A stretch of DNA of 64,000 nucleotides from Campylobacterales bacterium (GTDB lineage: Bacteria > Campylobacterota > Campylobacteria > Campylobacterales > QNZT01). The notes under the pieces were generated by a model. That model ran no database searches and was not told the origin of the DNA. It was given only the letters and a program-made list of their open reading frames with translations. A program made the position numbers and the translations under genes. The stretch is from assembly GCA_027066435.1 (NCBI GenBank), contig JAMONX010000046.1:32895-96894 (forward strand), read 5' to 3'. Positions 57,991 to 64,000 of this stretch are shown here, one piece after another (the first letter of the stretch is position 1; each line of letters opens with the position of its first letter).

Positions 57991-60647
57991 TTAGCTAGAA
58001 GTCCCTTTTTGGGTCCACTTTTACCACAGCAATTTTTATACTTTTTACCACTTCCACACGGACATGGATTATTTCTTGGGATCTTTTTCTCTATAACATG
58101 CTCTTTTTCGCTTGGCTGCAAAACGCTATCTCGTTCCATCTTGATATCTTTTGTAGAGTCTTCAAGTTCAGCCATCATCTTAGCCATAGCCTCTTCTCGC
58201 TCTTTCTCTTGTGACTCATCACGAAGTTGTACAAGTTGAAGTGTTTTAGTACTTTCAAATTTAATTCTGCTTATCAAATCCATAAACATTTCATAACTCT
58301 CTTTTTTATACTCTGTCAAAGGATCTTTTTGGTTATACCCTCTAAGTCCGATACCAGTTTTTAAAACATCCATCTGATACAAGTGGTCTCTCCAACTATT
58401 ATCTACAACTTGTAAATATACAATTTTCTCAATTTCACTTTTTTTCTTTTCATCTAAAACTGACATTTTCTTAATATATAAATTTGAAAGTATAGTTTCT
58501 AACTCTTTTGCTAGGGCATCTGCTTCAAGATTTTTAAATTGATTTTCTTCAAACTCTATAAGGATTTCTTCTCTTAGTATTGCTAAGAGCTTTTCTATAT
58601 CATACTCTTCTTCAGGAATACCCTCATAAATCTCACAACGATTAAGTAAATCAATAACATAAGCCGTTCTATTTTCAGCAACCTTTCCGCTGATATCATA
58701 CTCTGCATCTAGTAGTTCATTTCTATATCGATAAATTACTTTTCTCTGCTCATTTGCTACATCATCATACTCTAAAATATTTTTTCTTGACTCATAATGC
58801 AAGTTTTCAACTTTTTTCTGAGCACCTTCAACAGCTCTTGTCACCATTCTTGACTCTATATGCTCACCCTCTTCAATTCCCAGTCGCTCCATGATAGATT
58901 TAATTTTATCACTTCCAAAAATTCTAAGAAGATTATCTTCGAGACTAAGGTAAAACTGACTCTTTCCAGGATCTCCTTGACGACCAGACCTACCTCTTAA
59001 TTGATTATCAATCCGTCTTGATTCATGCCTCTCTGTTCCTATGATACAAAGTCCACCAAGCTCTTTTATCTCATCAGTTAGCTTGATATCAACACCCCGT
59101 CCAGCCATATTGGTAGCAACTGTAATAGCACCTTTCTTACCCGCATCTAAGATAATTTTTGCTTCACTTTCGTGATGTTTTGCATTTAAAACAGTATGAG
59201 GAATTTTTGCTTTTTTCATCAAGTCGTGTAAAAGTTCACTCTTCTCAATAGATGCAGTACCAACAAGCACAGGTTGTCCTTTTTTATGAAGCTCTTTTAT
59301 CGTCTCTATAACTGCATTAAACTTTTCTCTCTCACTTTTATATATAAGATCATTTAAATCTTCTCTCTCAATTGGAACATTTGTAGGTATTGAGATAACT
59401 GACAAATTATAAATTTGCTCAAATTCAGTGGCTTCAGTTTGTGCAGTACCTGTCATTCCTGCAAGTTTTTTATACATACGAAAATAGTTTTGAAAGGTAA
59501 TATCAGCAAGTGTTTGAGACTCTTCTTGAATTTCAACTCTCTCTTTTGCCTCTAACGCTTGATGAAGCCCTTCTGAAAATCTTCTACCTTCTGAAAGTCT
59601 TCCTGTAAACTCATCAACTATAACAACTTGTCCATCATTTACAACATAGTCAACATCCTTTTCAAATATATTTCTAGCTTTTAATGCTTGATCTAAATGG
59701 TGGCTTAAAGACGCATTCTCAAGACTATAAAGGTTATCAACTCCAAACGCTTTTTCTGCTTTTTCAACACCACTTTCGGTCATAATAACTGTTCTATTTT
59801 TTTCATCAACAACAAAATCACCACTCTCTTGGTCAATTTCACCTTTTTCATCTTTTTTAGTTGCCCTCTTCATTAAAGATGCTACTTCATCCGCTTTTTC
59901 ATAGTTATCCAATGTCCTATTTGTAGGTCCAGAAATGATAAGAGGAGTTCTAGCTTCATCAATCAAGATAGAATCGACCTCATCAACTATGACAAAGTTA
60001 TGCTCACGCTGTGCTTTTTCAGATAAGGCATACTTCATATTGTCTCTTAGGTAATCAAAGCCAAACTCGTTGTTAGTACCATATGTTATATCAGCATCAT
60101 ATTTTGATTTTCTTTCTTGATCATCGTGAATATCATTTGTAATAACTCCTATGGTATACCCTAGAAAATTATATATCCGTCCTGTATCTTCTGCATCTCT
60201 AGTTGCTAAATAATCATTTACAGTTACAAGATGTACACCTTTACCCAGCATAGCATTTAAAACTATAGGGAGAGTTGCCACTAGGGTTTTACCCTCTCCT
60301 GTTTTCATTTCAGCAATCTTGCCATCATGCAAAACTAATCCACCAACCATTTGTACATCATAATGTCTAAGTCCTGTAGTTCGTTTACTAACTTCTCTTG
60401 TAATTGCAAATGAATCTATCAAAACATCATCTAAACTTTTTTCCTCTTTTTGTACTTGCTCTTTGAGGAGATTAAACTCCTCTTTTAACTGTTCATCACT
60501 CATCTCTTCAAAATGTGGCTCTCTAGCATTTATAAGTTTGACCGTTTTAAGATAGTTTTTAACAATTTTGTCATTTTTGGTACCGAATATTTTATTCACG
60601 ACTGAGGTTAGCATCAACCTAATCCTTTGATTTAATTTGTTATTCAT
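57987..60647 (-). CDS. secA: Preprotein translocase ATPase SecA
   Basis: DEAD-motor motifs [10 protein letters not shown] and [21 protein letters not shown]-terminal zinc finger [14 protein letters not shown]. Confidence 0.95.
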   Translation of the reverse strand: MNNKLNQRIRLMLTSVVNKIFGTKNDKIVKNYLKTVKLINAREPHFEEMSDEQLKEEFNLLKEQVQKEEKSLDDVLIDSFAITREVSKRTTGLRHYDVQMVGGLVLHDGKIAEMKTGEGKTLVATLPIVLNAMLGKGVHLVTVNDYLATRDAEDTGRIYNFLGYTIGVITNDIHDDQERKSKYDADITYGTNNEFGFDYLRDNMKYALSEKAQREHNFVIVDEVDSILIDEARTPLIISGPTNRTLDNYEKADEVASLMKRATKKDEKGEIDQESGDFVVDEKNRTVIMTESGVEKAEKAFGVDNLYSLENASLSHHLDQALKARNIFEKDVDYVVNDGQVVIVDEFTGRLSEGRRFSEGLHQALEAKERVEIQEESQTLADITFQNYFRMYKKLAGMTGTAQTEATEFEQIYNLSVISIPTNVPIEREDLNDLIYKSEREKFNAVIETIKELHKKGQPVLVGTASIEKSELLHDLMKKAKIPHTVLNAKHHESEAKIILDAGKKGAITVATNMAGRGVDIKLTDEIKELGGLCIIGTERHESRRIDNQLRGRSGRQGDPGKSQFYLSLEDNLLRIFGSDKIKSIMERLGIEEGEHIESRMVTRAVEGAQKKVENLHYESRKNILEYDDVANEQRKVIYRYRNELLDAEYDISGKVAENRTAYVIDLLNRCEIYEGIPEEEYDIEKLLAILREEILIEFEENQFKNLEADALAKELETILSNLYIKKMSVLDEKKKSEIEKIVYLQVVDNSWRDHLYQMDVLKTGIGLRGYNQKDPLTEYKKESYEMFMDLISRIKFESTKTLQLVQLRDESQEKEREEAMAKMMAELEDSTKDIKMERDSVLQPSEKEHVIEKKIPRNNPCPCGSGKKYKNCCGKSGPKKGLLAK

Positions 60648-60708
60648 TTTAACAAAATATTAATTTTAATTTGCTAAAGTGTAATAATTCAACATTAAAG
60701 GAGAATAT

Positions 60709-61233
60709 TTGAAAAAATTTTTATTATCTACAACCTTAATAGGTGTTTCTTTACTAAGTGCAAATATAGAAAACCTATACTCTTTGGAGTCAGGTTTTAA
60801 ACAAAGTATCACAAATGAGCAAAACTCTCGCATCACATATAGCGGAAAGATGTATGCAACAAAACAAAATAATCAAGCATTGTGGGAATATAACAGTCCA
60901 ATTGAGAAAAAAATTTACTATAAAGATGGAAACATAGTTATAATTGAGCCTGAACTTGAACAAGCCATCTTTGCAAAACTTAGTAAAGTCCCAAATATAT
61001 TACAACTTTTATCAAGTGCAAAGAAAATCTCTGACAATCAATTTGTTACAAATTTCAACAATATCAAATACACAATAACAGTAAGTGATGATAAGATAGA
61101 GAGCGTCTCATATATAGACGAAATACACAACAAAGTTATCATAGAGTTTAATAATCAAACAATAAATAGACAAATAGACAAAAAAAGATTTGTCTACTCA
61201 ATACCTAAAGATTACGATATTTTAAAACAATAA
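60709..61233 (+). CDS. lolA: Outer-membrane lipoprotein carrier LolA-like protein (TTG start)
   Basis: 174 aa with a signal peptide. LolA-like FKQSITN...YSGKMYATKQNNQALWEYNSP...DGNIVIIEPELEQ. Divergent from secA-lolC. Confidence 0.6.
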   Translation: MKKFLLSTTLIGVSLLSANIENLYSLESGFKQSITNEQNSRITYSGKMYATKQNNQALWEYNSPIEKKIYYKDGNIVIIEPELEQAIFAKLSKVPNILQLLSSAKKISDNQFVTNFNNIKYTITVSDDKIESVSYIDEIHNKVIIEFNNQTINRQIDKKRFVYSIPKDYDILKQ

Positions 61234-61254
61234 GAAGAGTATTTGCTCTTCTTA
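61231..61254. terminator. Bidirectional hairpin spanning both stop codons of convergent genes
   Basis: TAAGAAGAG / TATTTG / CTCTTCTTA is a perfect 9-bp stem with a 6-nt loop. Confidence 0.55.
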
Positions 61255-61836
61255 CCCTCTTCTCCAAGTTCTTACAGGACCGACATCTACATGTATAAAA
61301 TTAGAATTTGGATAGTAGCCTACACCACCACGACCAAGACCAACTGCAACATCTTTTAATTTTCTCAATCTTACTCCAGGGACATATATATCAACCGCTT
61401 TACCTTGCATATGATAGCTATCTTTTGCAACACCTCTCATACTCTTTCTAAGTGCTTCATTTGTATGTTTGCTTCTATACCCTGAAATAACATTAAACTT
61501 TTTATCAAGTCCGATATGAAGATTTATATCGTACAAAAGGTTGATAAGATCTACATCTATTCTAGTTATCTCATGTGCTCTATAATCTATAAAAGCCTTA
61601 TTGACTTCAAATAGACCTCTAAGTTTATAGCAATCTTTTTCGAAAAAAGATGCATTGTATGTTTTGTTTTGATGGATATTGTGCAATTTAAGCGTTTTGA
61701 CATCTGAACTACTCGCAAATAGTTCATTTTGTGCAACGATAGCTCCACCAGTAATAATTGCTGTTTTCTTTAAAAAACTTCTTCTAGAAATATGAATACT
61801 CTTTGCGTCTGTAATTATATCTTGACTCAAAAACAC
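61252..61836 (-). CDS. Tat-exported DUF882/peptidase M15A protein (YcbK/MepK-like murein endopeptidase)
   Basis: Twin-arginine signal SRRSFLKKTAIITGG. Metal motifs SYHMQGKAVD and FIHVD. Confidence 0.8.
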   Translation of the reverse strand: MFLSQDIITDAKSIHISRRSFLKKTAIITGGAIVAQNELFASSSDVKTLKLHNIHQNKTYNASFFEKDCYKLRGLFEVNKAFIDYRAHEITRIDVDLINLLYDINLHIGLDKKFNVISGYRSKHTNEALRKSMRGVAKDSYHMQGKAVDIYVPGVRLRKLKDVAVGLGRGGVGYYPNSNFIHVDVGPVRTWRRG

Positions 61837-61915
61837 TCCTTGTTTTTATAAAATATAGACTTTTAAAGGAGGAAGTTTACCAGAGAAAAGTAAATAAGTC
61901 AATTAACAAGTAAAT

Positions 61916-63631
61916 CTATTTATTCTTTTGAAGCAATTTATAATGTATTTTATCATATCCATAAATATCTTTACTAAAGACAACACCACCGTTTTCATCG
62001 ACATATGCAGTATAGTATCTAACATAAACTGGTATCTTTTTATTTAGAGAAATAGAATAGTTTTCGCCACTATCTAATTTTAATTTTATTGATTCATATG
62101 AACTCTCTAAATAATCTTTTGAGACAAATTTTAGAAGTTTTTGAGGATTATGAAGCCTTATGCATCCATGACTATATGCACGAACCGATTTTTTAAATAG
62201 ATTTTTTGTAGGTGTGTCATGCATATAGACCGCATAATTGTTAGGAAACATAAACTTTACATTTCCAAGAGGGTTACTACTACCTGGGTCTTTAACTATA
62301 TTAAATGGAATTTTACTCTCTTTATCATAATCAAACCAATCAATATCAAATGAATCAACCATCTTTCGCTTTCTATTCCATCCATCATAAATTTTGTAAT
62401 TTCTATCTTCAAGATAGTATGGGTCATCTTGAATCTTTTCTAAAAGTTCTTTTGCAACGATAGAATTTGGAACACTCCAAGTAGGGTTTAAAACTATATA
62501 GGTCATATAAGATTTAAAAATTGGTGTTGGATTTTTCTTCTTTCCTACAATCACACGAGAATCTAATAGAAGCTTGTTACCATCCATAAAACGCATCTTA
62601 AATTCAGGAATATTTATAATAAAGCGGACATATGATAGATCAGAACCTTCCCAACGCGATCGTTCAAGATTTAATTTAATCATCTTAAGACGCTTTTTTA
62701 TTGGTATATTTAACTCTTTTTGAGTTGTTGAATTTAAGATGCCAGAGGGCCAAATACCTACTCGCTTTTGGAATTTTTTTAATGCTATTTTTAATTTATT
62801 ATCAAATTTATTATTTGTTTCATCAAAAGAACCTAAATCACCACTCTGGTTTAATCTTTGTCTTAACTCTATAACTCTACTAGATACTGAACCGACTTTT
62901 AAATTTTTTCCAGATTTTATCTTTTGAAATCCGCCTTGTTCTTGAACACTTTTATATCTTAAATAGGCATTTTTTAGATTATTGTAAATAACATTCTCAG
63001 ATGCATTTGCATAAATTCCTGCAACAAAATCTCCGTCTATCATTAACTCTTGAAGCAATTTAAAATAATCAACTTTTTGTGGTTTTGCCTCCCAGCGATA
63101 ATCAATATCTTCTTCATCATGAATTTTATAAAGTATATTTTTAAACGAGGTGTAGTCAATTTGACTTTGAGTGAGATCTTTTACAAGTGTAAAAAATGCA
63201 TCACTTAAAAGAATATCCATTTTAGTTGAAGCTAAATTATAGTCCCTATCATCAAAAAGCATACTATTGCTCATCTTCTTAAACAGAAACTCTATCTCAT
63301 CTAAGTGATATCTATTTTGATTTAAACCTTCATTTTCTGATAATCTAATCGATTCTATCATATTAGATATATTCTGATTTAAATTTCCATCTTCTTCAAA
63401 CCAATAGAGTTTACTTTCGTTATTTTTATACAACTCTTTAACATTTTTTGTAGATTTCAAGTGTTTAACTTCATAAATCCCATAACTCTGCTCTGCTAAC
63501 ATACCATTTAAATAACTTTTTTTAACACTATCACTCTTTTGAAGATTCCCTAGAGATTTAGTCCAGTCTGCAGAAAGTGACATCTGTAAAAATAGTAGAG
63601 TAGATAAAAAAAAGGTACAGAGTTTATGCAT
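61916..63631 (-). CDS. L,D-transpeptidase (YcbB/LdtD-like) with a peptidoglycan-binding domain
   Basis: Signal peptide. PG_binding_1-like LRQRLNQSGDL...LKKFQKRVGIWPSGILN. YkuD active site YSHGCIRLHNP. Confidence 0.85.
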   Translation of the reverse strand: MHKLCTFFLSTLLFLQMSLSADWTKSLGNLQKSDSVKKSYLNGMLAEQSYGIYEVKHLKSTKNVKELYKNNESKLYWFEEDGNLNQNISNMIESIRLSENEGLNQNRYHLDEIEFLFKKMSNSMLFDDRDYNLASTKMDILLSDAFFTLVKDLTQSQIDYTSFKNILYKIHDEEDIDYRWEAKPQKVDYFKLLQELMIDGDFVAGIYANASENVIYNNLKNAYLRYKSVQEQGGFQKIKSGKNLKVGSVSSRVIELRQRLNQSGDLGSFDETNNKFDNKLKIALKKFQKRVGIWPSGILNSTTQKELNIPIKKRLKMIKLNLERSRWEGSDLSYVRFIINIPEFKMRFMDGNKLLLDSRVIVGKKKNPTPIFKSYMTYIVLNPTWSVPNSIVAKELLEKIQDDPYYLEDRNYKIYDGWNRKRKMVDSFDIDWFDYDKESKIPFNIVKDPGSSNPLGNVKFMFPNNYAVYMHDTPTKNLFKKSVRAYSHGCIRLHNPQKLLKFVSKDYLESSYESIKLKLDSGENYSISLNKKIPVYVRYYTAYVDENGGVVFSKDIYGYDKIHYKLLQKNK

Positions 63632-63700
63632 AGTTTATTTGCCAATTTAATTTGAGTTAGATTATATTAAATTAATTTTTATAAAAATATGCTGAATTTT

Positions 63701-64000
63701 TTATCTGCATCTACTTAGTGCCAATCCTTCTCTAACTCCATCATCAACAACCAAAACCTCATCAAATCCAAAAATTTCCACAATCTCTTTAAACATGAGT
63801 ACTCCAGCGATTATCAAATCATCTCTTCTGACTCCAACCCATCTTACTCTCTCACTCTCTGATAGTAACAGAAGTTTTTCCAAAGCATCTTCTATATCTC
63901 TTAGTGACAAAATTGTTCCGTTTACTTTTTTATAGTCATAATTTTCATAATCCATACCTTGTAAAAATGCAGCAACTGTTGTAGGGGTTCCTGCTGTTGC
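63701..64000 (-). CDS. Ppx/GppA-family phosphatase, C-terminal part (the gene continues beyond the window)
   Basis: The frame is open to the window end. The translation ...ATAGTPTTVAAFLQGMDYENYD...DDLIIAGVLMF...VVDDGVREGLAL fits the second actin-like domain of Ppx/GppA. Confidence 0.6.
   Translation of the reverse strand, partial: ATAGTPTTVAAFLQGMDYENYDYKKVNGTILSLRDIEDALEKLLLLSESERVRWVGVRRDDLIIAGVLMFKEIVEIFGFDEVLVVDDGVREGLALSRCR

Noticed and set aside
1-64000. A search by eye for rRNA, tRNA, CRISPR arrays, riboswitch-like GC-rich intergenic elements and prophage genes.
   Set aside because: All intergenic gaps are short (mostly under 150 nt) and AT-rich, with no cloverleaf-like GC-rich segments and no regularly spaced repeats. 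No feature of these types is claimed.

Overview
A 64-kb, low-GC (about 30% by eye) chromosomal segment. Gene content and synteny fit a free-living Campylobacterota (epsilonproteobacterium). The ftsW / flgB-flgC-fliE / class-B PBP neighbourhood matches what I recall from Helicobacter and Campylobacter, and the large sensory repertoire looks Arcobacter- or Sulfurimonas-like. I count about 55 protein genes, tightly packed, many with 1-20 nt start/stop overlaps. I recognised no rRNA, tRNA, CRISPR, transposase or integrase. Core blocks: dapD, a DEAD-box helicase, rpiB-apt-trpB-pepA-ychF, an alaS-to-PBP1A overlapping operon, murG-ftsW, flagellar rod genes, hpf, secA-lolC, lolA, and an LdtD/MepK-like pair. 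Blocks worth a second look: (1) three pseudopilin genes (54.6-56.7 kb) carrying 16 PglB-type sequons (D/E-X-N-X-S/T), far above other exported proteins here. (2) Two convergent paralogous lipoproteins with an unassigned shared domain (30.4-33.7 kb), next to a translationally coupled OPX-PCP-barrel-barrel-epimerase export module that lacks any glycosyltransferase, flippase or polymerase (34.0-40.9 kb). (3) A Tat-less Nas/Nap-type molybdoenzyme coupled to a fused FeS plus DmsC-like membrane anchor, and narK abutting a PP2C-Ser/Thr kinase fusion (8.7-17.3 kb). (4) An overlapping signalling operon: REC-GGDEF-EAL, a 1445-aa hybrid kinase with three periplasmic binding domains and a His-less Hpt-like tail, a CheY-like regulator, and a REC-kinase (17.4-25.1 kb). 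(5) A 35-bp promoter module present twice, flanking an OmpR-type two-component system (5.4 and 8.25 kb). All functional calls rest on motifs read by eye from the ORF track; no database search was run.
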